Below, one piece after another: positions 39,902 to 51,976 of a DNA stretch of 64,000 bases. This DNA comes from Octopus sinensis (taxonomy: Eukaryota). The translations under genes were made by a program, and so were the position numbers. Numbering within the stretch: position 1 is the first letter of the stretch; the number at the start of each line of letters is the position of its first letter. Below the pieces are notes generated by a model that was not told the origin of the DNA, searched no databases, and saw only the letters and a list, made by a program, of their open reading frames with translations. Location: NCBI RefSeq assembly GCF_006345805.1, contig NC_043003.1, forward strand, positions 99,076,001-99,140,000. Direction: 5' to 3'.

Positions 39902-40599
39902 CTTTTACACAGGTTTCGTCAAGCAAACACACTCACAACGCATTAGTTGGCTTGGTGTCATAGTAGAAGCGACACTTGCTTAAGGTACCGTAAATTCTTT
40001 AAAAGCACAACGATGCCTGGGCACTTTCTGCCCTTTTCACAATATTCTCCGGGAAACGAAGAGTAAGTCTTACTTTCGCAAATATAAATATATTTTAACA
40101 TCGCGTTATTTACATGTAGAAAAACATTCATGGCTTTTGTCCTCGCTTAGCAGTCTGTATTACAGCAGTTTAAAGCTAATTAAAACTATATAACTAGTAA
40201 TGTATCATAGCAGAGGAGTTGAACGCGAAATACATGACGTCACTGTGCGTTTTGTACACCGAAATTCTTTAGATTTATTTTTCAGATTAGAATGATACAT
40301 TAGAAATATACACTTTTAAGTTTATCTCTATAAGTTTCATATAGACTTCAGAGCCAGCAATGCAAGTTACAATGTTTCGTAAAGGAATACGTCTATGTAA
40401 GCAATGCGATCGAAAAAAAAAATGTGATGTGTGTATATATATATTTCAAGACATATTGCTCTTTCATCAGCACCGCATCCAAATAATCAACTATCCACGA
40501 TCATATTGCGTAAATACCTACTAATTTTAGCGGCGTAACACAACTGGATAGACCAATTTATATATTAAACACAGTCCTGGCAACTTGTATATGCATATT

Positions 40600-41255
40600 A
40601 ATTCCCTATCATTCCCCATCTCACCCCATCCCTTACACCCACTCTCACATACCCCACCTTTACCCTCAGGCTCCGCCTACCCACATACCCCACCTTTACC
40701 CCCACCCTCAGCCTAATCCACACCCTACCCTTGCTTTCCTCACTCTTGTCTCCCCCACCTCCCAACACCATCATACCACACCACACAGCACTACACCTTA
40801 CACTACCATACCAAACAACACATCACATCGCAACACGCCACCACGCACTCATCAGCATTGACCACTTCCCAGACCCACATTTTCAAACCTACACATACAC
40901 ATAGGCACACGTCAAGATCACCAGCTCTATTCCACACGGACATACAAACTCTCTTATACCCACACACGTGCACCTTCGTTTTGGGATCACCACTACTTTA
41001 CTATCTCCCCTTCTCCTTAGCTCTCCTGTGCGACCCTTCTGTCCGGCATTTAGTATGACAGATCGCTAGCCACTACACATTCTTGTTTTCTTTCCTTGTT
41101 TCTTTCTGTATTTCTTTTTGTAGAAGAGCGTAGGCTCGAAACGTTAAAGACTTTTTCACTTCCCGAACGTTATACTAATACATCTGTTTGTTGTCTACAC
41201 CACCTGTCTTCGTCTTTTGCTTTTTTTTCTGTGAATTCTCCCCATATATTACACG
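40600..41255 (+). mobile_element. Probable Penelope-like terminal repeat with a hammerhead-like motif (copy 2)
   Basis: Reverse-complement homolog of 38335-38870; motif GAGC-GTAG-GCTC-GAAAC-GT at 41113-41150. Confidence 0.5.
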
Positions 41256-42348
41256 CTCACGTGGTCACACCAGTTAATCCTGTCTCCTCTCAGCACCCAC
41301 GAACTTCTACAGATTCTACACTTCTACGGATTCTACCTGTCTCTTCTCATCACCCAGGAAATTCTACGAATTCTACCTGTCTCCTCTTATCTCCCACGAA
41401 CTTCTACTGGAATTTCTACACATCAACTGCACCTCTCGAGCCTATAGATTACACTGGACTCCTCTATAAATGTTTTACTCAATGATATATTAATTTGAAG
41501 CTGTTTCAAGTACTTAAATTAATCTAATGTGGGATATTCATTACTCAGGAGGCTAAATCAGGTCGAAACACGTTGTTTTCACCAGCGTTCTTAGCGTATA
41601 TTGATTTAATATATAGAAATATTATTAATAATCATTTCTAAAACAGGCATAAGTCCTGAAAATGAATGGTGGGCGGAGGATAGCCAATTATTTCAACTCC
41701 AGTATTTGACTGGTATAATATCATATCAATCCCTCTAGGAAGATAGACAAAGCTGGCCGCAAGGAGATTTTAAGTCAAGAGGAAGTGAGCCGGGACAAAT
41801 AGCTCAACCATTTTGTCCGTACTCTAACGATTATATCTATAGTGCCACCGAAGACAGATTTGCTTAGACACACTTCTAACAAGAGCTATTAATTTCTCCT
41901 CATATCTTTCCGTAGCTCCAATTTTGTGCGTGCTGAGCACTGTAGGGTGAAATTGGTGCATTCTCAGACAAAATTATGAAGAAAGTAATGTAAGTCTTCA
42001 ACCGTCTCAACTGTGTTGTAACAGGCATGATGACAGATGTATTTAAATTGTATAAATTTGATGCCGTCTTTTGACAATAAGTAAACTAATATGTTGTGGC
42101 TGGTACCTACCATTTGGTAGAGTATACTAAAGAACAGCATCGGAAGGAGGGTTGTATTTACTAATCGAATTTGACCGAGCGGCAAACATTAGTTCGTTGT
42201 ACGTCATAGGAATTCACCTCAGACCTGCTTTTTGTTAAGTTCAAACACTCATGTGTTGCATATTTCTAGTTGACAATCATAACATAGACATTTTACACAG
42301 ACTTATCTTACAAATATATGAGTGTGTATTTCTGCTTTTTTATGTATT

Positions 42349-42381
<33 letters not shown>

Positions 42382-42894
42382 AAGATTCTCAAGTCAAAAG
42401 TGACGACAAACACTGACGAAATTGTAAAATATTTGTGGTGGTAAAATTTATTACACACAGGAGTTGACAGTGACATCAAGTTTCGCCTGTCGAGACTTAT
42501 TTAAATTGTTTAAAAAGCCTCAAGAGACTAAAATTGAAGTTGCTCTCACGCGTGATATGTGCGTGTGCGTGCGTGTGAATGTATATATGTATGTATATAT
42601 GTATGTGCATATATATATATATTTATAAATATGTGTGTGTGGTGTGTGTATGTGACTATATATATATATGTGTATGCATATATATATATGTACGCAAGTG
42701 TATATATATATATATATATATAATTGTTATCGCCATATTAATATGGCAGTCTTATAGATATAAGATTAAAGCTGTCGCTGATTAGCTCCATGAGGCCATC
42801 GCCTTAGCTAGCTATTTGACACACAAACTGTGTCCATTATAACCTTCGAACAAGAGAGACTTAGTAATTTTAATATTTCTATTATATATATAAT

Positions 42895-42934
<40 letters not shown>

Positions 42935-43494
42935 GCACAGAACAAAGTCTTACGGCCTTAAAACACAAATCAAGAGTGACCAAAGAGATGTTGGGTTGCT
43001 GCCATGCTGAAATGACTTACCGAAAAGGGTCATAGGAGAAGGGAGATAGTGATACTTGACGGAAAGGGATAGAGATAGTTAGTTTCAGGTGAGTTAAAGA
43101 AGTTGAGATAATGTTGAAAGAGTAGAGACTGTGATGTAAGCAGGAACTGTCTAGAGTGATAAGGCTCATAGGGCCCGGTTATCCGGTTGCCATGGCTTGT
43201 AAGTGACCGAAATCATAACATCCTGCTTGAACAGAATGCCAGTCTGTCACAGTGCTACTCATTTACAGCTCAGTGAACCGGTGCAACGTGAAATGAAGTG
43301 TTTTGCCCAAGAACACAAAGTACCGACTGGTCCAGAAAACGAAACCACGATCTTACGATCATGGGTGTAACCACCTAACCACTAGGCTACTCATCTTCAT
43401 AGAGAACAGTGAAGGGAAAAGAAGGGGAGATAAATTGGGGGGAAAGAAAGAGAGTGATTTTCGTGTCTGTCATTGTGAGACCAATTATATTTAT

Positions 43495-43709
43495 TTCTTT
43501 ACTACCCACAAGGGGCTAAACACAGAGGGGACAAACAAGGACAGACAAACGGATTAAGTTGATTGCATCGACTCCAGTGCGTAACTGGTACTTAATTTAT
43601 CGACCCTGAAAGGATGAAAGGCAAAGTCGACCTCGGCGGAATTTGAACTCGGAACGTAACGACAGACGAAAATACGGCTACGCATTTCGCCCGGCGTGCT
43701 AACGTTTCT
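43495..43709 (-). mobile_element. SINE family A
   Basis: Same family consensus. Confidence 0.88.
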
Positions 43710-43944
43710 CGAGTTTATGTTAAAAAGTAAGTTTACTTTAAATTAAAAGTTATCATTTTAATGATTTTTTAAAATAAAGTTACATGGATATGTGGTTAAG
43801 AAGCTTATTTTGCAACCATATTTTGGGGGGTTCAGTTCCACCGAATTGGGTATCTTCTACTATAGCCACAGGTCAACCAATACCTTGGAAATTATTTTGG
43901 TAGACGGAAACCATGTGGAAGCCTTTCGAATATTTATTTAGGGT

Positions 43945-44262
43945 AAAGACCACCTTCGGTCATGAATGACCATTAGATTGAACCTAGAAAGTTACGCTTC
44001 GAAGCACAAATCCGGGCAAGGTTGTTTATGGAGTGGCCCAGGCATACCTCGCCTCCCCACGTCACCGACGTTATCGAAGGGAAAGGCAAAGGCTGATACA
44101 GCTTGGCACGTGTGACATCGCAACTCATTTCTACAGCTGAGTGAACTGGAGCAAAGTGAAATAAAGTGTCTTGCTCAATACAGCGCAGCCCGGTCTGGGA
44201 ATCGAACTCACCTCATGATTGTAAGTCCGACGCTCAAACCACTGAGCTATGTGCCTTCACTT
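43945..44262 (-). mobile_element. CORE-type SINE, third tail type
   Basis: Homologous to 12665-12962. Confidence 0.75.
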
Positions 44263-44747
44263 AGTGTATGTGTGCGTGTGAGTATATTTAACCATTCCAC
44301 CGCTAGACAACCGGTTTTGGTTTGCTTACATCCCGTTATCTAGCAATTCATCAAAAGAGCCAATACCAGCCTAAAAACAATAAAGAAGTACCGGAGTCGA
44401 ATTGCTTGACTAAAATCCTTCTGGGTGTTGCCCCAGCCTGGCCGTAGTGCAATGAATGAAGTAAGTAAAAGACAAAAAAATACAAAAAGAAATATAAAAC
44501 ATTTTTCAAAAATTTTTTAAAATTATTTTATATTCAAATATTGGGCAAAACATTAAAATGTTCAGGTTTTACTGTAAAAGTAACACAACTGGATAGACCA
44601 ATTTATATATTAAACATATTCCTGGCAACTTGTATATGCATATTAGTTGCTAGCAATGAAACAGGATTTCGGTTTGCAACCATAATATACTACCAACTAT
44701 ATTAAAGGTTTGTCCCTATATACTTTTAATTCATATACAATGCAATA

Positions 44748-45091
44748 GGCGCAGAGTGGCTGTGTGGTAAGAAGCTTGCTTCCCGACCACGTAGTTCTGG
44801 TTTTAGTCCCACTGTGTGGCACCTTGGGCAAGTGTCTTCTACTACAGCCTTGAGCCGACCAAAGCCTTGTGAGTGGATTTGGTAGACGGAAACTGAAAGA
44901 AGCCCGTCGTATACAATCGATGCTGATATGATTACATCCCCATAACTTAGCGGGGTGGCAAAGGAGACCGACAGAATAAGTACTAGGCTTACAAAGTATA
45001 AGTTCTGGTGTCGGTTTCTTCGACTATAGGAAGTGCTCCAGCATGGCCGCAGTCAAATGACTGACACAAGTAAAAGAATAAAAGTATAAAA
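44748..45091 (+). mobile_element. SINE family C with TSD
   Basis: 12-bp TSD ATACAATGCAAT at 44735-44746 and 45092-45103. Confidence 0.9.
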
Positions 45092-45984
45092 ATACAATGC
45101 AATGATGATATAGAAGACAAACAACTATAATTTCGAAATATGACACAAGGCCAGCAATTTTAGGGCATGGGGATTAGTCGATTACATCGACCCCAGTACT
45201 TTACTAGCACTTTATTTTATCGACCCTGAAATTTTGAAAAGCAAAACTTTTCTTCGCACCAACCGCGACCTTGTGGTAATTGTCTCGGTTCCACTGCATT
45301 CAGTTTGAGTCGAGGTTGTTGGTCAGCATATGTATATGTTTCATTGTTAGAAACTGTTTTCGTCTATATATAGGTCAATTGTTCTGGTTGGGTGCTCACA
45401 GTTGTCGGTTAACTTCTTGTTTGTTTCTACATAGCCCAAATACCTAACTCTTCTTCCACCTCGCTGCGTACTTGTACATATATAAACTCTGCTATGCAAT
45501 TAACGAAACAATCAATAACGCATTTCACTTTAAAACGCCCACCACCACCACCACCACCACCACCAAGCAATTTATTATCATCTACTAATATAATAATGAG
45601 CGTAATGTTTTTATATATTTGTCCAGAATCTTGCCGGACGCGGAGGAAGAGAGAAAATAGTAACTCAGGGAAGGAGAAGTAGTGAGAGTTATAACCCTGA
45701 CTGAGAGGTAGTGAGAGAAAGTAATAGCAATGAGAGAACGTAAGGGGTGATAGATGAATAAGGAAGGAAGGGGTGAAAAAAAATCAGCATTTCAACTCTG
45801 TGTGAGTGTATGTGTGTATGTATGTGCATGTACAAGTGAGGTATGTGAATGTATGTGTGATTATTATGTACTTTATTTCGTACCTTATTTATGTATAAAA
45901 TACTACAATTAGCCGTCGTTATTGACGGCACGTGGTCAGCTAGTAAATTGATAAATGTAAAGGTGAATGCAACTGTATATGTGT

Positions 45985-46046
<62 letters not shown>

Positions 46047-46184
46047 AAGAGAAATTGGGAAGAAATTTATGTCGGGAGAAAAAGAGTGTTTGTGCTTGTG
46101 TGTGAGAGAGAAAGGGACAGAGAAAGAGGGAGAAGAGAGAGAGAGAGGTATATGTAAAAGAGAAGGTCATGGTGTGTCTGAGAG

Positions 46185-46259
<75 letters not shown>

Positions 46260-46261
<2 letters not shown>

Positions 46262-46632
46262 CTCTTTTACTTGTTTCAGTCATTTGACTGCGGCCATGCT
46301 GGAGCACCGCCTTTAGTCGAGCAAATCGACCCCAGGACTTATTCTTTGTAAGCCTAGTACTTATTCTATCGGTCTTTTTTCCGAACCGCTACATTACGGG
46401 GACGTAAACACACCAGCATCGGTTGTCAAGCGATGTTGGGGGGACAAATACAGACACACAAACACACGTACATGATATATATACATATATACGATGGGCT
46501 TCTTTTAGTTTCCATGTACCAAATCCACTCACAAGGCTTTCGTCAGCCCGAGGCTTTAGTAGAAGTTACTTGCCCAAGATGCCACGCAGTGGGACTGAAC
46601 CTAGAACTACTTACCACACAGCCACTCCTGCG

Positions 46633-46634
<2 letters not shown>
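46260..46634 (-). mobile_element. SINE family C
   Basis: Same family consensus. Confidence 0.9.
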
Positions 46635-46688
<54 letters not shown>

Positions 46689-47235
46689 ATATATATATAG
46701 TGTGTGTGTGTGTGTGCAAGTACGTACGTGTGACGTGTGTGTCAGTGTGTGTGTGTGCGCGTGCGTGAGTGTGAGTGCGTGTATGCGCGCGCGCACGTGT
46801 GGGCTTGAGTGTGGAGTAGAGTAAAAAATTTAGAAGAGCAGCGAATAGAGGTGGTGTACGAAAGCGATAGTAATAATGCTAATGTGTGTAAGAGAGAGAG
46901 AGAGAGAGAGAGAGGTAGAAATGCAGAGAGTAAGAGGAAGAGGGACTAAGAAAGAGAGAAAGAGAGAGAAATATGGATGTGAAAGAGAAAGCGACTGTGT
47001 ATGAGACAAAATAAAATTTTTGTACGATATGAGAGTGTGTATGAGAAAGGGAGAAAGAGAGACATGTACTGAATGGGTGTGTGCGAGTGAAGGAGAGGTA
47101 GTGTGTCAAAGTGAACTAGAGATGGTGGGTATACGTGTGAGATATAGTCAAACAGAGATAGAATGTGTTTACATCTATATGTGACCGATACAGTGTGTGC
47201 GTGTGCAGGTCAGAGGCAATGTATGAACATTGTAA

Positions 47236-47833
47236 GGCGGCGAGCTGGCAGAAACGTTAGCACGCCGGGCGAAATGCGTAGCCGTATTTCGTCTGCCGTT
47301 ACGTTCCGAGTTCAAATTCCGCCGAGGTCGACTTTGCCTTTCATTCTCTCGGGGTCGATAAATTAAGTACCAGTTACGCACTGGAGTCGATGTAATCGAC
47401 TTAATCCCTCTGTCTGTCCTTGTTTGTCCCCTCTATGTTTAGCCCCTTGTGGGTAATAAAGAAATAGGCACTTCGTCTGTCTTTACGTTCTGAGTTCAAA
47501 TTCTGCCGAGGTCGACTTTGCCTTTCATCCTTTCGGGGTCGATAAATTAAGTACCAGTTACGCACTGGAGTCGATATAATTGACTTAATCCGTTTGTCTG
47601 TCCTTGTTTGTCCCTTCTATGTTTAGCCCCTTGTGGATAATAAAGAAATAGGTACTTCGTCTGTCTTTACGTTCTGAGTTCAAATTCTGCCGAGGTCGAC
47701 TTTGCCTTCATCCTTTCGGGGTCGATAAATTAAGTACCAGTTACGCACTGGAGTCGATGTAATTGACTTAATCCCTTTGTCTGTCCTTGTTTGTCCCGTC
47801 TATGTTTAGCCCCTTGTGGGTAGTAAAGAAATA
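47236..47833 (+). mobile_element. SINE family A tandem trimer (one full copy plus two 184-bp head-truncated units)
   Basis: Units restart at 47467 and 47651 with GG(C/T)ACTTCGTCTGTCTTTACG. Confidence 0.9.
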
Positions 47834-48898
47834 AATGTATGAACATAGCAAACACATAGACCGGTAACAGGAGTATCATACGTCTATGCGTGTGTGTGTG
47901 TGTGTGTGTGTGGTGTGTGTGTGTGTGCGTGCGTGAGAGAGAGAGAGAGAGAGAGAGAGAAATAAAATACAACGAAAGAGATTATATGTAGTGCGTGTGT
48001 GTGATGTAGAAGAAAAATGCAGGGAAGTAAAGTGTACGCATGTACGTTTTGTGTGTATATAGAAGATATTAGTATGTGCCTAAGTAAAAAGTATGTACGT
48101 ATGTGAGTGTGTGAATGTGTCTGTAGGTGTACGTGTGCGCCTGGGATGAAGAATAGAAAGAGAGAGAAAGAGAGAGAGTGGTGTGTGAGTATGTGTTGTG
48201 TGCTGTATTCGTAAAGAAAATTAAAGAAAGAAAAAAAAATATTATTTAAAAATGTTAAGTCTTTTTATTTTTTCTCCGCCCCACCATTTCTGAACACTTT
48301 GTGAAGACTGACAGGAATTTCTGAAATAATAACCAAAAGAAACAATCCCTCACCACCTCCCCGCTAAAAAAAAACTGATAAAATACATGTTTACATGTTT
48401 ACATGTTTAAACAAACCAAAATGTGCTGAGCTAAATAGTATACATAGAAGAAAAGACACAAATGTGTGGTCCCCCAGGTGACGCTGAAAACCATGTTTCT
48501 TCGTTCACATTTCTTTGTCATGTTTATTATACTTACGGGTCCTCCTTGCTCCAATGGGAATTAGTTTACCTTTGCCTAGAAATGTCACACAACTAGAACC
48601 ATTCCCCATTACCTGCCTTCTTTCAATTTTTGATTAATTTTGATTAACTTAAATTACAAAGTTGTCTCCCACGTCATTAGAGTAACTGTAATTTGTCCCT
48701 CACTAATATGATATAATTTAGTTAACCCAACAATGTTATTAGTAAGGAGTTTTGTTTCACAACCATTTGGTTCTAGGGTCAGTCCCACTGCGTGGCACCT
48801 CAAGTAAGTGTATTCTACTATAGCCCCGAGTCAACCAACTCATTGTGAGTGGACGGATAATGAAAAAAGCCTACCACATATGTGTGTGTGAGTGTGTG

Positions 48899-48942
<44 letters not shown>

Positions 48943-49234
48943 GTGAGTGAGACTCTGTGTTTGCGTTTGTCCCCCACCACCGCTTGCCAACAAATGTTCG
49001 TTTCTTTACCGTCTCGTAAATTAGCAGGTCGGCAAAAGTGACAAATGGAATAAGAATCTGGCTTAAAAACAAATAAGTACTGAGTTCGATTCGTTCGACT
49101 AAAATTTTTGAAGGAGGTGCTCCAGCATGGCTGCAATCCAATGATTAAGAGAAATAAAAGGTAACAGGTAAGAATTCAGCAATTATCGTATTATTTACTA
49201 AGGGAGCTTTTACGTGTGTCCTTCAAATATTCGA

Positions 49235-49630
49235 ATTACTTACTTACTTGTACTTGTGGTGACATTCACCCTGGGCGGGTTGAGTCGGCTTCTTCCACCA
49301 CCCTCGAGGCATTGTATTCGCCATTGAGAATTCATGAAAGAAGTTTCGTGGGAATGTGTGGATTTGACAAGCGGTCCCCAACAATCCCGCATGTAGAGAC
49401 ATCCTGTTTGCTGCAGATTGTTCGCAGACGCAGGGGCAGAACGACCGAGGAGCCGCCGGTTGCCGAAACAGACATTCCCAGGATTTTCACCAGAGCCCCG
49501 TCTGCCGGATTGTGGCCCTAATACCACTCGGTGGCCCTACCAGGAACCGAAGTTCCCGACGGCATAGCTCTGACATTACCCGTTGCCAGCGTCACCACCA
49601 CGGTGAGGAGGAGATGGACTTTGGGGACAC
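49235..49630 (-). mobile_element. Short RTE-derived non-autonomous element (5'-UTR-like part joined to a 3' end)
   Basis: Minus strand CTCCTCACCGTGGTGG..AGAGCTATGCC..CCTGGTAGGGCCACC resembles RTE 5' UTRs; ends in an (AAGT)n tail; only about 400 bp. Confidence 0.5.
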
Positions 49631-49723
49631 AAATATTCGAATTAGCAGCTAATTCTCCAAGGGTATGATTTGGAGGAGACTTAACGTTAAGTCAGTTAAT
49701 GAAGTTACGATTATATTTCATTT

Positions 49724-50045
49724 ATAAAGAAGAGCACTCAGAGAGCGTAAACCTCCGCCAACGCAACACCAACGTCCCTTCAACGATTAGCCGGAGATGA
49801 TCTTTAAAATGAGAATATCTCGTAATACTTCACGTAAACTAAATATAACAAATAATCCGGAATCCTTGTTCGATGCCGGATCGATCCCAAAATCTAATCA
49901 GTTCGTGCCAGTCACGAGGCCAAACATCCCTGAAAGTTTCATCCGAATCCACCCAGCGGTTCTTGAGATATTTTGTCCACGGACAGACAAATAAACAGAC
50001 ATGACTGAAAACAATACCTCCGCCTTCGGTAAGGCGAAGGTAAAA
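49724..50045 (-). mobile_element. Helentron-type non-autonomous element (DINE-1/HINE-like)
   Basis: Minus strand: TT..ACCTTCGCC-hairpin-GGCGGAGGT, GTCT/GTTT core, second GGCGGAGGT near the other end followed by a small stem-loop. Confidence 0.7.
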
Positions 50046-50269
50046 ATGTGAGATAGTCGTGGCTGGAATGTTGTTGATCATAATTTTACAAGATCAGAAT
50101 CGACATGGGAGTAAACGAATACAGTAGTTTATCAGGGGTCCTACATGGTTGCTCAACATGCGGGAAATGGCGACGATATCTCCCTCGAGTCATACTTTAC
50201 CGTCTTTGAATACATCGAAGGACTCGTTGAAGGTCACATCGAATAATGTAGTCACTGTTATACAATACC

Positions 50270-50496
50270 TATTTCTTTATTACCCACAAGGGGCTAAACA
50301 TAGAAGGGACAAACAAGGACAGACATGGGTATTAAGTCGATTACATCGAGCCCAGTGCGTAACTGGTGCTTAATTTATCGATCCCGAAAGGATGAAAGGT
50401 AAAGTCGACCTCGGCGAAAATTGAACTCACAACGTAACGGCAGACGAAATACTGCAAAGCATTTCGCCCGGCGTGCTAACGCTTCTGCCAGTGCGC
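50270..50496 (-). mobile_element. SINE family A
   Basis: TSD CAATACC at 50263-50269 and 50497-50503. Confidence 0.88.
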
Positions 50497-50811
50497 CAAT
50501 ACCAAGAAAAATACTCGATTTTCATGGTTGCAATACTATTGACCAGAGTGCACCACGTTCAGGGCTGACCTGGAGTTAAGCAACAATTGTCATCATTATA
50601 TTTATATAATCGGATTGGATTTCCTGTGTTTAGTCCATTGCAGGATGAAGACCTCAGCATGTTCTCCCCACCAGTCACGGTCTGAATTTGAGCTTGAGCT
50701 GATACTGGTTTGATGAGCCTGCTCTGTCACACTGGCTCACAATGCTTCGCAGAGCGGTGCATTTTTGAGATGTCTGTGTGTTTTTGTCTTTCTTTGTGTG
50801 TGTGTGTGTCT

Positions 50812-50854
<43 letters not shown>

Positions 50855-51012
50855 CGCGCGCGTGTATACAAGGTGAGTGAAAACTCTGTTTTAGAGTTGT
50901 TCCGAAATTGGGCGATACTTTTGACTCCTATATTCTATAGGATATCAAGAAGTATTAACAACATGATACATGATCTAGATTTAGAAACTATCAAAACTAT
51001 CGCTAACAGCTA

Positions 51013-51427
51013 GGCACAGGAGTGGCTGTGTGGTAAGTAGCTTGCTTATCAACCACATGGTTCCGGGTTCAGTCCCACTGCTTGGCACTTTGAGCAAGTG
51101 TTTTCTACTATAGCCTCGGGCCGACCAAAGCCTTGTGAGTGGATTTGGTAGACAGAAACTAAAAGAAGCTCGTCGTATATATATGTATGTGCGTGTGTGT
51201 TTGTGTGTCTGTGTTTGTGTGTCTGTGTTTGTACCCCTAGCATTGCTTGACAACCGATGCTGGTGTGTTTATGTCCCCGTCACTTAGCGGTTCGGCAAAA
51301 GAGACCGATAGAATAAGTACTGGGCTTACAAAGAATAAGTCCCGGGGTCGATTTGCTCGATTAAAGGTGGTGCTCAAGCATGGCCGCAGTCAAATGACTG
51401 AAACAAGTAAAAGAGAGTAAAGAGAGC
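51013..51427 (+). mobile_element. SINE family C (left arm of an inverted pair)
   Basis: Full-length copy. Confidence 0.9.
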
Positions 51428-51505
51428 ATATCCTACAAAACATTCCACCTGACAATGCTAAGTCGTTGTTTTACAATAGATTAACATTGAAACAAGGGTT
51501 ACATC

Positions 51506-51783
51506 TTTTACATCTTTTACTTGTTTCAGTCATTTGACTGCGGCCATGCTGGAGCACCGCCTTAGGTCGAGCAAGTCGACCCCAGGACTTATTCTTTGTA
51601 AGCCTAATACTTATTCGATCGGTCTCTTTTGTCGAACCGCTAAGTTTCGGGGACAAACACAGTCACACAAACACGCACGCACACACACACACACACACAC
51701 ACACCACACACACATATATTTATATATATATATATTATATATATATATATTATATATAATATATAATAATATATATATATATA

Positions 51784-51831
<48 letters not shown>

Positions 51832-51976
51832 TATTATACATATATACGACGGGCCACTTTCAGTTTCCGTCTACCAAATCCACTCACAAGGCTTTGGTCG
51901 GCCCGAGGCTATAGAAGAGGACACTTGCCCTAGATGCCACGCAGTGAGACTCAACCCGGAACCATGTGGCTGGTAA
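51506..51976 (-). mobile_element. SINE family C (right arm of an inverted pair)
   Basis: Slightly 5'-truncated copy with an expanded internal (TA)n. Confidence 0.9.
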
